This document shows positions 1 to 8,999 of a stretch of DNA of 64,000 bases, one piece after another. The stretch's first letter is position 1; the number at the start of each line of letters is the position of its first letter. The stretch is from a virus (Duplodnaviria; Caudoviricetes). The stretch lies in IMG/VR virus record IMGVR_UViG_3300020388_000009; one strand, 5' to 3'. The position numbers and the translations under genes are program-made. The notes beneath the pieces are model-generated. The model saw nothing but the letters and a program-made list of their open reading frames with translations. It ran no database searches and had not been told where the DNA came from.

Positions 1-3000
1 TTGACACAGATGTGTTTTGCGTACCGATACCACTCTCTCCCCGTGTTTCAGTTTCTATTCGCCAGTTTTCTATTATTGTAGGTGCAGTATCAATTATTTG
101 CATTGTAGTTGTAGTAGGTGATGATATTGTATGATCATTTTCATTTGTTGGTGCATGTACAAAACTAGCAGAAGCAATCCAATCTCGCGTACTTCCGGCG
201 CCTACTGATAAACTACTTCCGGAAAACGATGTTGTGTATTGTGCTACAATTCTATTTGATGAATCTTCAAATGAATTGACCGTTACTATTGATGAACCAG
301 TTTCAAATGTAATTGTTTCAGTTATATTAGTTTGTCCGGAAGATTTAAGTATTTTGGTAACAGCCGTTGGATGTGTAACTGGACCTACTGGTTCAATTAT
401 TTCAGCTCGTATTCGGAATCTAGATACCGATTGTGATGCGTATAATGATGCAGAATCATGAGTTGCAAATGATGATGAATCAGCTAATGATCGTCTAGTT
501 ACTCCATATAACACGGTCCGCTGTTGTGTTCCGGTAACGCCGGCGTCCGTAACAGCGCTAGCACTATGACCATAATTTTCAGATTCTACAAATATATTTT
601 TAATAATTGTCGGTGGTGTATCATGTACAGTTAACTCACCATCCGTTTCAGTAATATCAAATCCATTTTCGCCAGAAACTTGTTCTATGAAACTGCCAGT
701 CAAAACATATACTGTATTACCACCTGCAGCTGCCGTAAATGATCTTCCTGTAAATGATTGTGTATATCGAGTAACTAATCGGTCTTGGTCATCATAACCA
801 TGTGTAACTAGTCCACCTTCCGCTATTGATCCAGTATCTATCATGTAAAGTTTAGAACCACTACCATATGATGCACTTACCTGTATTTTATGAACACCTG
901 GTCCAATTGGTTCAGTTACCTTTGCTCGGAATCTTACACGTGATACTGATTGAGATGCGTATATGGATGCGGATGGATGATTAGTCCATGACAAACTTTC
1001 AGATGTTGCATTTGTTATTCGAGGATCTCCGTATAACACTGTACGGGTTGCATTAGACATGGCCATATCAGAATATCCATGCGTTTCTGTTTCCCAGAAA
1101 ACATCTTCAATGGCAACTTTCGGAGTATCATGTACTACCATGGTAGTTGATTGTCCAGATTCGGTTACAAATCCACTAGCATCATTAGGTGTATGTAATA
1201 TTGATCCGGAAGTATATGTCCATTCGGTAAAACTATTACTACTAGCTGATAATTGTTGTCCTACCCATGATGATGTGTAATGAGCAACCAATCGGTTCTG
1301 TGCATCATATGCAATTGCAGATGAAGCAGTATGAACTGAGCCAGTACTAAAATATAATATATTATTAATAGGGGCAAGACTAGAACCAATTATTGTTTCA
1401 AAAAATTGTAATTCAAATATACTAAAATATTGACTAGTAGAAGATGCATTACATGTGAATCGATAATATTGGTATGTATTTAAATTTGTAAAATCGTTTA
1501 TACCTCTTGTTACAGTGCTTGATCCGTTACCGGTAACTGTATCTAATGTAACGTATCCTGAATTAGGTGAATTAGAAGCTTCGAATGTCCAACCAGTCAT
1601 TCGATATGAGCTAAAATATAATATATATTGTCCAATATTTACCGCAGAACCGAAATCATATGTAAATGAAGCTCCAGCAATTCCTGAACTGTCATAAAAT
1701 ATATGTGAGTCAGTATTAGCAGTACCTGACGTAGTACCATCAAATATATCACCAGGCCAAAACGTGTCACTTGCTGCAGTAGTTGTTAAATTGTTTTCTG
1801 ATAATCCTGATATGGCAGCACCTATACTATTTGTACCAGGAGGTGTGCTCCATACCTTTTCAAAACGTGATGCAGTATGATGCGGTCCGAATGGCTCTGT
1901 TATAGTTGCTAACACACGGAAACGTGACACGGAATGAGATGCGTATAATGATGCGGAATCGTGGCCTTCAAAGGAAGCGGAATTTATCAAAGTATGATGA
2001 GGTGTACCATATAATACTGTACGCATTGTATCTGCACTTCCTGTATCAGAATATCCGTACGTCTCTGATTCATATACTATGTTTGTTATTTCCGTTGCCG
2101 GAGTAGCGCTCACAGATACCGAAGCATATGTTCCTGGTATAATTGTACGTCCGGCGTTTGTAGCAGAATCAAATGAAGCACTAAATGTATACTCGCCAGG
2201 CAACAAATTAAAGTTGATCCATGATGATGTGTAATGAGCAACTAACCGGTTCTGTACATCATATGCAATTTCAGATGATGCAGTATAAGTTGCACCAGAA
2301 CTAGTATGAAATTGAAATTCATAAGAATGTGCATAGTCACTACCTGGTGTAGTTTCTAAAGTTGACTTCATGTTGGTATGGTGTGGTCCAAATGGTTCTG
2401 TCACAGTTGCCAACAAACGTAATCGTACAACTGATTCACTTATATATTCTGCCGATTTTTCATATCCTTCTAAACTTGAAGTTTCTGAAACTTGTAATGT
2501 TGAAGTGTATCCATATAATACGCTTGCCGATCTTTCAAATGATCCAGTACCAGTTAAAAATGATCCAGATTCCACTTCCACTCGTACATTTGATATTTCA
2601 ATATCAGGTACAGGGGTTACTGTCAATGTGGTCATTGGTCCTGCTGCGGCATCAGATATATGATTATAAACTCCATGACGTATAATATCTGTAGTATCAC
2701 CAGTTTTATTAATTAGAGTATATGTAGCTGGTTCATACTGAAAAGGCGAAAAACCTAAACTTTCTGTCACATCGGTAAAGGTAAAATTGTCGCCGTATGC
2801 AGATGCCGTGGCTCGAAATAATCCAGTTGCCATACTTCCGCTAAATCTGAAAGTTTTATTATCCAATACTGAAGTTCCGCCGAATTCGGCAAATTTTATA
2901 TCTGTGAAATGTGTACCATCTGCAACATAATCTGGTGGTTCTGTTATATCAGCCATTACAGATACACGTACCAGCGATGCAGTATAACGAGGATGTAGTC

Positions 3001-4114
3001 CAACAATATTATCACGTGTAATGACATCATCGTATAACACCGTAGTAGTAAAATTATTAATTCCAATACCAGAAAATGAACCAGATTCTATATGAGCTCG
3101 TATATTACTAATACTTGCAGTATTTGGTGGTATTACTAGTAAATTAACATCAACGGAAGATGAATTTTCAAACTGATTATTATCCTGCATATAAACCGTA
3201 AACGTTTCTTGATACGACTGCACTGATGATGCGTGTATTGTAGTTCCATCCATAACACCGTAGTTTGATATACTGGCAGTAAACACTAATGCATTATCTG
3301 GCATAGCCGATGCATCGGGACCATAACCATCTGGTGCACCTGGTGAGATAGATCCAGTTGCTATGAAAATTTGGCTATCAGCAATATCAGGTTGTGGATG
3401 TTTTAAAAATAAATTGTAACTTGCAGATACCGACGTGATAGGTGGATCTACCTGTACTCTGGAAGCTGAAAAAACTCGTATAAAATCGTTTTGATTAGAA
3501 TCTTCAGATCCGGTAAAACTAAAAATTATATCTTTGGCATTTGTATCATGAGCTAAAGACATAGTTAAACTAGCACGATGTGCAATCGTCGGTGGTACAT
3601 TGATAAACCCTTTAATAAATACAGTAGAATATACCAATTGAGTATTGTTTGCGCTACCGGTCTCAGTTGCATAAACTAAATATCGATGTACGCCAGGTGC
3701 TAAATCATTTTCAAATGCATTTTGACCGGTTAGATCATTAACATAATCCTGGCCAGTATAAGATGAATTGCCGCCGGCTTGCTTGGTTACAAATGTATCT
3801 TGAATTTTAATAAATGAATAATAATTTGGATTGAAATCCGCGGAATGTGTAGTTTGTATTAATACATCTCCTTGGTTCGCAACATCTTGTCCAGAACCAA
3901 GTATTATCACATGATCAATTGATTCAGCAGGTGATCCGGATATTCCAGAACCAGAACCAGCAAAAAATACTTCAGTACCTATTCCGGAGAGGCCAGAACC
4001 ATCACCTACAAATGCATCTGCAGTTATAGTGGTTGCTGTAACTCCACTTTTAAATTGAGCTATACTACCAGATTGTACCCAATTGCTACTAGTAAATTGA
4101 TGTTTTCCTGCCAT
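1..4114 (-). CDS. Giant repetitive virion (tail fibre/adhesin-like) protein, >1370 aa, runs off the left window edge
   Basis: Not in the ORF track. ATG at 4114 overlaps the TAA of the upstream gene (TAATG) and reads MAGKHQFTSSNWVQSGSIAQFKSG. The same frame is open at spot checks (~1800-1270, 40-2) and no minus-strand ORF is called here, consistent with no stop before the edge. Ser/Thr-rich, with internal repeats and a discoidin-like domain. Confidence 0.8.
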   Translation of the reverse strand, partial: MAGKHQFTSSNWVQSGSIAQFKSGVTATTITADAFVGDGSGLSGIGTEVFFAGSGSGISGSPAESIDHVIILGSGQDVANQGDVLIQTTHSADFNPNYYSFIKIQDTFVTKQAGGNSSYTGQDYVNDLTGQNAFENDLAPGVHRYLVYATETGSANNTQLVYSTVFIKGFINVPPTIAHRASLTMSLAHDTNAKDIIFSFTGSEDSNQNDFIRVFSASRVQVDPPITSVSASYNLFLKHPQPDIADSQIFIATGSISPGAPDGYGPDASAMPDNALVFTASISNYGVMDGTTIHASSVQSYQETFTVYMQDNNQFENSSSVDVNLLVIPPNTASISNIRAHIESGSFSGIGINNFTTTVLYDDVITRDNIVGLHPRYTASLVRVSVMADITEPPDYVADGTHFTDIKFAEFGGTSVLDNKTFRFSGSMATGLFRATASAYGDNFTFTDVTESLGFSPFQYEPATYTLINKTGDTTDIIRHGVYNHISDAAAGPMTTLTVTPVPDIEISNVRVEVESGSFLTGTGSFERSASVLYGYTSTLQVSETSSLEGYEKSAEYISESVVRLRLLATVTEPFGPHHTNMKSTLETTPGSDYAHSYEFQFHTSSGATYTASSEIAYDVQNRLVAHYTSSWINFNLLPGEYTFSASFDSATNAGRTIIPGTYASVSVSATPATEITNIVYESETYGYSDTGSADTMRTVLYGTPHHTLINSASFEGHDSASLYASHSVSRFRVLATITEPFGPHHTASRFEKVWSTPPGTNSIGAAISGLSENNLTTTAASDTFWPGDIFDGTTSGTANTDSHIFYDSSGIAGASFTYDFGSAVNIGQYILYFSSYRMTGWTFEASNSPNSGYVTLDTVTGNGSSTVTRGINDFTNLNTYQYYRFTCNASSTSQYFSIFELQFFETIIGSSLAPINNILYFSTGSVHTASSAIAYDAQNRLVAHYTSSWVGQQLSASSNSFTEWTYTSGSILHTPNDASGFVTESGQSTTMVVHDTPKVAIEDVFWETETHGYSDMAMSNATRTVLYGDPRITNATSESLSWTNHPSASIYASQSVSRVRFRAKVTEPIGPGVHKIQVSASYGSGSKLYMIDTGSIAEGGLVTHGYDDQDRLVTRYTQSFTGRSFTAAAGGNTVYVLTGSFIEQVSGENGFDITETDGELTVHDTPPTIIKNIFVESENYGHSASAVTDAGVTGTQQRTVLYGVTRRSLADSSSFATHDSASLYASQSVSRFRIRAEIIEPVGPVTHPTAVTKILKSSGQTNITETITFETGSSIVTVNSFEDSSNRIVAQYTTSFSGSSLSVGAGSTRDWIASASFVHAPTNENDHTISSPTTTTMQIIDTAPTIIENWRIETETRGESGIGTQNTSVS

Positions 4115-4599
4115 TACAATTCATCCGGATTAATTATAACTGTAGTTCCTGTAACTAAAGTTTGTTTTGATGCAGTACTCATTGCTAATAATAAATATCT
4201 GTATATACCAGTACCTAATGTATCTGTTAACGAATTTTGATTAACTAATCCTTTTTGTGTTCCAGAGTAATCAGAAGCTTCTTCCCATAACGCGGCATCG
4301 GATAAATCTTGTCGTAAAAATGTGAAATGATTAAATGTTGCACCGGATGCCGAAACTGATAATGTTATGGTATGGTTGCCGCCGGATCCAGTGATCCATT
4401 CTCCATATGTCGGTGGAGTAGCTAATGATTCAGATCCAATAAATAATTGTATTCCGGTTGTAGTAATACCAGTTAACGCAGATCCATCTCCTATTAATTT
4501 TGCGTTAACCGATCCGGTCACATCAATGCCAGATTTAAATTTTGCAATAGATCCGGATTGTACCCATTCACTACTTGTAAATTGATGATTGACAGGCAT
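4114..4599 (-). CDS. Virion protein, paralog of the N-terminal region of the adjacent giant protein
   Basis: HQFTSSEWVQSGSIAKFKSG vs HQFTSSNWVQSGSIAQFKSG; GIYRYLLLA vs GVHRYLVYA. Confidence 0.65.
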   Translation of the reverse strand: MPVNHQFTSSEWVQSGSIAKFKSGIDVTGSVNAKLIGDGSALTGITTTGIQLFIGSESLATPPTYGEWITGSGGNHTITLSVSASGATFNHFTFLRQDLSDAALWEEASDYSGTQKGLVNQNSLTDTLGTGIYRYLLLAMSTASKQTLVTGTTVIINPDEL

Positions 4600-6431
4600 T
4601 ACATTTTCCTTATCATTGCTCGAATTATACCGCCTTCAATATTTGTTTCTAATGATTGAGCAATTATTTTTCCAAATAATTGAAGTTCAAATATTTTACT
4701 AGGATTGACTGCTTTACCATGTCCTGTGATATTACTAGTAATTATATAATCGCCTTCGTATACTGGGCCATTTACTAATACAGGTTCTGCTCCTAATATG
4801 ATTGGAAAATTACTACCAGATGAAACGATACCCATTATTAACGGATCTGCTTCGGCTGTACATGGCACCATTTGACCGGCTTTTGAGACCAATACAGTAC
4901 CTGGTTGTAGTTGATCTAATCCTTTGGTTTCTAAATTAATTTCATGTATACCACCAAAAAATGTATCTATAGCAAATATTGCTTGCCATTTTTTATCAAA
5001 TGCTCCTAAATTATGAGAGCCATCGGCAGATGGTATTATATTTTCTCCAACCGCTGAAAAATCTCCTCCTCCTCCGCCACCACCATAACTACCAGTATAA
5101 TATACTTGGCCAGTATCTGTATCATACATTAACGTGTTTAATGCAGATGCCGTCGTTGATGCACTTATAAATAAATGTCCACTTGCACTTATATTACCTG
5201 ATGATGTTATGTCACCTAAAGTTTGTAATGAACTTGAAATAACACCTGCAGGCAAATTTAATTTTATTTGAGCAGAACTTGAAATGGTATTTGCTGGCAG
5301 ATTTAATTTTATTTGAGCAGAACTTGAAATGGTATTTGCTGGTAGATTTAATTTTACTTGAGCAGAACTTGATATTACACCTCCGCCAATATTTTCTTGC
5401 ACTTGCGATGCAGAAATAAATGATTGACCTTGCCAAGAACCTGATATTCCAGCTGGTGTAAAAGCAGTGCCTGACATGAAATCACTAGAAAGTTGTGCAG
5501 AACTTGATATTACACCTCTGAATATACCGACAAAACTGGGTGCGGTTACTATCCCATCAGCAAGAGTTAAATTACTACCGGTGATGAATACAGAACCTGT
5601 AAATTGATGTGTAACGTCAGATGGTATTGATCCAGAACCAAATATAGTTGATCCAGATCTTACAACTAACTGATCTTCGAATATCTGCACTCCATTAAAT
5701 GCAATACTTCCATCTAACCGCGTATCATCAGTTACTAACAATTGTGATGCTGTTACGCGCGATGATGATATATTTGTAAACGTTACATCTGTTCTGCTGG
5801 CTGATGCTTCAGTTAATGTTATACGAGTCGAAAATGATTCGCTAGCTGATGTTAACGTACTGGCTGATGCTTCAGTTAAAGTTACACGTGTACTAAATGA
5901 TTCGCTAGCTGATGTTAACGTACTAGCAGATGCTTCAGTTAAAGTTACACGTGTACTAAATGATTCGCTAGCTGATGTTAATGTGCTGGCTGTTGCTTCT
6001 GTCAATGTTACACGTGTCGAAAATGAACCACTATCAGTTACCATGCTACTGGCTGATGCTTCAGTTAATGTTATACGAGTCGAAAATGATTCACTAGCCG
6101 ATGTTAATGTGCTAGCTGTTGCTTCTGTCGATGTTACACGTGTACTAAATGATTCGCTAGCTGATGTTAATGTGCTGGCTGTTGCTTCTGTCAATGTTAC
6201 ACGCGCCGAAAATGAACCACTATCGGTTACCATGCTACTGGCTGATGTTTCAGTTAAAGTTACACGTGTAGAAAAAGATGCACTCGTATCATAAAATGCA
6301 CCTGATATTTGTGTTGATAAAGCAATAGGTATTATAGACCCTGTACCATCAGCAAAATTAACGCCATCAGTTTGGACTACACGCTGAAAAGTGTCTTTTA
6401 TATTCTGGCCTGTAAAATTGTCAAGAGCCAT
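4599..6431 (-). CDS. Tail fibre with coiled-coil repeats and C-terminal intramolecular chaperone (peptidase G2/IMC-like) domain
   Basis: 8x21-aa repeats, 3x15-aa repeats, Gly run. C-terminal PGTVLV..MGIVS..G..PV.V.GPV..GDYI..S...G.G pattern is typical of fibre chaperone domains. Confidence 0.65.
   Translation of the reverse strand: MALDNFTGQNIKDTFQRVVQTDGVNFADGTGSIIPIALSTQISGAFYDTSASFSTRVTLTETSASSMVTDSGSFSARVTLTEATASTLTSASESFSTRVTSTEATASTLTSASESFSTRITLTEASASSMVTDSGSFSTRVTLTEATASTLTSASESFSTRVTLTEASASTLTSASESFSTRVTLTEASASTLTSASESFSTRITLTEASASRTDVTFTNISSSRVTASQLLVTDDTRLDGSIAFNGVQIFEDQLVVRSGSTIFGSGSIPSDVTHQFTGSVFITGSNLTLADGIVTAPSFVGIFRGVISSSAQLSSDFMSGTAFTPAGISGSWQGQSFISASQVQENIGGGVISSSAQVKLNLPANTISSSAQIKLNLPANTISSSAQIKLNLPAGVISSSLQTLGDITSSGNISASGHLFISASTTASALNTLMYDTDTGQVYYTGSYGGGGGGGDFSAVGENIIPSADGSHNLGAFDKKWQAIFAIDTFFGGIHEINLETKGLDQLQPGTVLVSKAGQMVPCTAEADPLIMGIVSSGSNFPIILGAEPVLVNGPVYEGDYIITSNITGHGKAVNPSKIFELQLFGKIIAQSLETNIEGGIIRAMIRKM
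5225..5380 (-). repeat. 45-bp (15-aa) tandem repeat, ISSSAQ(I/V)KLNLPA(N/G), 3 copies plus partial
   Basis: Visible in both DNA and protein. Confidence 0.85.
5795..6290 (-). repeat. 63-bp (21-aa) tandem repeat, S(E/G/A)SFSTR(V/I)TLTEA(S/T)AS(TLTSA/SMVTD), 8 copies
   Basis: Visible in both DNA and protein; 21 aa = 3 heptads. Confidence 0.9.
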
Positions 6432-6441
6432 TTATATAACC

Positions 6442-7002
6442 TTATTTTTTATATAAACCTTTGAGAACTCCTTTAATAACTTCTCGTCGTTTGGTTTCTG
6501 TTAGCGGTTTATATTTTGTATATGTTGCAACTATTTTATTTATTCTATCTTTTTTAACACTTAAATTATTAATATCAATATTTTCACGCACTAATAATTT
6601 TAATATATTTTTAACATGACTAACTTCTTGTTCTGTAATTTGTTGTTTAACGTTACTGACCTGAACTTTATTTTCTTGTATTACCGGTTGCTTTTGAGAT
6701 CGAACTTCTACAGTTACTTGTTTACTAGCCTGTATATCAAATTCAGATTTCCATGGCGTAAAATATGTATCCTCGGCAATTACTTCTAAACGAATATTAC
6801 CTTTAGAGGATTCATCAATTAATCCTTTCAATTTACGTATAGGAATTTCACATTTACCTGATTCGGAAATTTTTCCATTAAACATTAAACTGTAATCTGA
6901 TGTTTCTACTACTAACCTAGCAGTTGATTTTTTTAGACTCGCGCCTTCTATTTTGATATCACATTCAAATAGTTCTGGTTTATCCGTGTATAATTTATAC
7001 AT
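6442..7002 (-). CDS. Hypothetical protein (probable virion protein)
   Basis: 186 aa ORF in the late operon, overlapping its neighbour. Confidence 0.6.
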   Translation of the reverse strand: MYKLYTDKPELFECDIKIEGASLKKSTARLVVETSDYSLMFNGKISESGKCEIPIRKLKGLIDESSKGNIRLEVIAEDTYFTPWKSEFDIQASKQVTVEVRSQKQPVIQENKVQVSNVKQQITEQEVSHVKNILKLLVRENIDINNLSVKKDRINKIVATYTKYKPLTETKRREVIKGVLKGLYKK

Positions 7003-7318
7003 GTATATTCTCCACTGTTAAATCAATTCCTAATACTTCTTTTACTACTAATTCACAATCTTCGGCAGTTACTTTAATATCATCTCTAATGGTTTTTTGT
7101 CCAGAATATGTTTCAATTCCTTTAACTTTGCATATCAATTTTATAAATCGCTTCTTTTTTTCTGGATCTAATTGATTAACATTATATGCAATTTCATCAC
7201 CAGTCGCGGCTCCCACTTCCAATATAAGGAATACATCATCCCATTTATATGGATTTTCACCCCATGTACTTATACCGGTTATTGATCTTACATTATCCCA
7301 TCGTAAATTAATTGCCAT
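6995..7318 (-). CDS. Hypothetical protein
   Basis: 107 aa ORF directly behind an ATATTTAT motif. Confidence 0.6.
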   Translation of the reverse strand: MAINLRWDNVRSITGISTWGENPYKWDDVFLILEVGAATGDEIAYNVNQLDPEKKKRFIKLICKVKGIETYSGQKTIRDDIKVTAEDCELVVKEVLGIDLTVENIHV

Positions 7319-7323
7319 TTTAT

Positions 7324-7331
7324 ATAAATAT
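7324..7331 (-). promoter_or_regulatory. Putative late promoter ATATTTAT
   Basis: Motif recurs at 15 intergenic/upstream sites just 5' of minus-strand genes. Confidence 0.6.
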
Positions 7332-7336
7332 GCTCA

Positions 7337-8002
7337 TTAATGATAACCATTCAATAATTCTAATAAATCATCAATTGCGCCATGTCTATGAGAATCTTCC
7401 AATACAGTTTTAAATACATACTTTGAATTAGTTAGTTTAGACATATCATGATAAGCAGAATAATTTTTATCTTTAAGATCTATTTGATATGAATCTCCGC
7501 AAAAAATCATTTTAGAATCTTTGCCTAATCGACCAATTGCCATGGCGAGTTGAGATCTGGTTAAATTTTGAAATTCATCTACAATAACTACCGCATTATC
7601 AAAAGTACGTCCACGAAAATGTGCTAATGAACATAATTCGATTGATTCACTTTTTTCCATGGATTCTAATTTATCTGGTTTATTATATACCTTTCGCATA
7701 TTTGAACGGATAGGAACGAGCCATGGCTCCATCTTTTCTTTTTCAGATCCTGGTAAAAATCCGTTATCTTCTGTAGCAATTGTAGGCCTAGTAATTACTA
7801 TTTTATTATATTGGCGTTTAAAAAATTGATCCAATGCTACTTGTACTGCTAATAACGTTTTACCAGATCCTGCTTTACCGACAATAAAATTGAACGGATG
7901 TTCTAAAATTTGCATTTTTGCTGCTTTTTGTTCTGGTGATAATGATAATGAAAACCGAACTGCACCTTTTGGTGGAGTTTTTTCTGTATTTGCTTTTGCC
8001 AT
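7337..8002 (-). CDS. phoH: PhoH-family ATPase
   Basis: GKAGSGKT Walker A, ITRP, GFLPG, RGRTF, DEFQN, GDSYQID, HRH motifs. Confidence 0.95.
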   Translation of the reverse strand: MAKANTEKTPPKGAVRFSLSLSPEQKAAKMQILEHPFNFIVGKAGSGKTLLAVQVALDQFFKRQYNKIVITRPTIATEDNGFLPGSEKEKMEPWLVPIRSNMRKVYNKPDKLESMEKSESIELCSLAHFRGRTFDNAVVIVDEFQNLTRSQLAMAIGRLGKDSKMIFCGDSYQIDLKDKNYSAYHDMSKLTNSKYVFKTVLEDSHRHGAIDDLLELLNGYH

Positions 8003-8031
8003 CTCGTGACCCCTTTAGTTAACTATTTTAT

Positions 8032-8039
8032 ATAAATAT
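8032..8039 (-). promoter_or_regulatory. Putative late promoter ATATTTAT (phoH)
   Basis: Recurrent motif. Confidence 0.6.
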
Positions 8040-8047
8040 GTAACAGT

Positions 8048-8074
8048 GAAAGAGCCGGCTATAAACCGACTCTC
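8048..8074 (-). terminator. Probable intrinsic terminator after the AAA ATPase gene
   Basis: GAGAGTCGGTT-TAT-AGCCGGCTCTTTC hairpin with short U tract. Confidence 0.55.
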
Positions 8075-8085
8075 ACAACAACACA

Positions 8086-8859
8086 CTAACAACCCATTAC
8101 TTGTTCCGCCACCATTTGTCTCCAATTTGGAAATCCCATTTGACGAATTCTAATTGCTTTAATTAATGATCGGAAATTTAATTCAACGGCATCAAACTTT
8201 TTAAATGCAGATTTCAATGCACTTAAAGCTTCTTTTTTAATTTTCATGTCTTTAATTTCTGGTTCAATTACCGGAAGTAAATCAGTCATTCTTTTTAACA
8301 TTTGATTTGGAGTTAATGTTATATCCAATACAAATGCACGACTACGAATTGCACTATCTACTTTTTGAATTGGTAAATTAGATATAAAAATTATCTTACC
8401 AGTAAAATCAAATGATCTAGGAAGAGCATCACCATCTCTATCTTTAAGAGGTTTAGCTGACATCCAACTAATAACTCGTTTATCGTAACTATCTAAAGCT
8501 CCTTTTAATAAGTTAACACCATCTGAATCTTTAAATACTGAATCGCAGTCATCAAATATAATTAATTTATCGCTATTTTCAAATAATGTAATAAACATAC
8601 CTGCTGCAGTACAACGACCTTTTACATGTACAAAATCAATACCTTCTTCAAATCCTACTTCATCTAATGTTCTTGTAATATTAAATGTCTTTCCTAATCC
8701 AGGCATGCCGGTAACAACTAACGATGGAGAAACTCCAGCCGCTACCATTTTTGTCAAGTTATTCATATCATCAAACATTGCTGAAGGACGTTTCTTTTCT
8801 TGGAAAGTTTTAAAATTCATTTTCATGTTTTTGGTTTTTTGGTTTTTAGCTATACGCAT
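8086..8859 (-). CDS. AAA+-type P-loop ATPase
   Basis: GMPGLGKT Walker A, IIFDDCD Walker B, FISN sensor, AIRSR arginine finger. Confidence 0.85.
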   Translation of the reverse strand: MRIAKNQKTKNMKMNFKTFQEKKRPSAMFDDMNNLTKMVAAGVSPSLVVTGMPGLGKTFNITRTLDEVGFEEGIDFVHVKGRCTAAGMFITLFENSDKLIIFDDCDSVFKDSDGVNLLKGALDSYDKRVISWMSAKPLKDRDGDALPRSFDFTGKIIFISNLPIQKVDSAIRSRAFVLDITLTPNQMLKRMTDLLPVIEPEIKDMKIKKEALSALKSAFKKFDAVELNFRSLIKAIRIRQMGFPNWRQMVAEQVMGC

Positions 8860-8885
8860 ATCTCTATCTTTTAATTACTTATAAT

Positions 8886-8945
8886 TAAAGATAAGGAAAA
8901 GATCTCACGCTACCAAATCTTTTGGCAGCTTTTTTTAAAAAAGTT
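8886..8945 (-). promoter_or_regulatory. Bacteroidota-type early promoter TTTG-N20-TATCTTTA with A/T-tract UP element
   Basis: Matches the Bacteroidota primary-sigma -33 TTTG / -7 TAnnTTT(G) architecture; 43 bp identical to 56809-56851. Confidence 0.75.
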
Positions 8946-8946
8946 C

Positions 8947-8977
8947 AAAAAAAAACCCTCCATGGTAGGAGGGCTTT
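8947..8977 (-). terminator. Intrinsic terminator after the major capsid gene
   Basis: GCCCTCC-TACCAT-GGAGGGT followed by a long T run on the minus strand. Confidence 0.85.
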
Positions 8978-8999
8978 AATATAAAAATAATTTTAAATA

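Noticed and set aside
5795-6290. Regular repeats resembling a CRISPR array
   Set aside because: Contiguous in-frame coding repeats without unique spacers.
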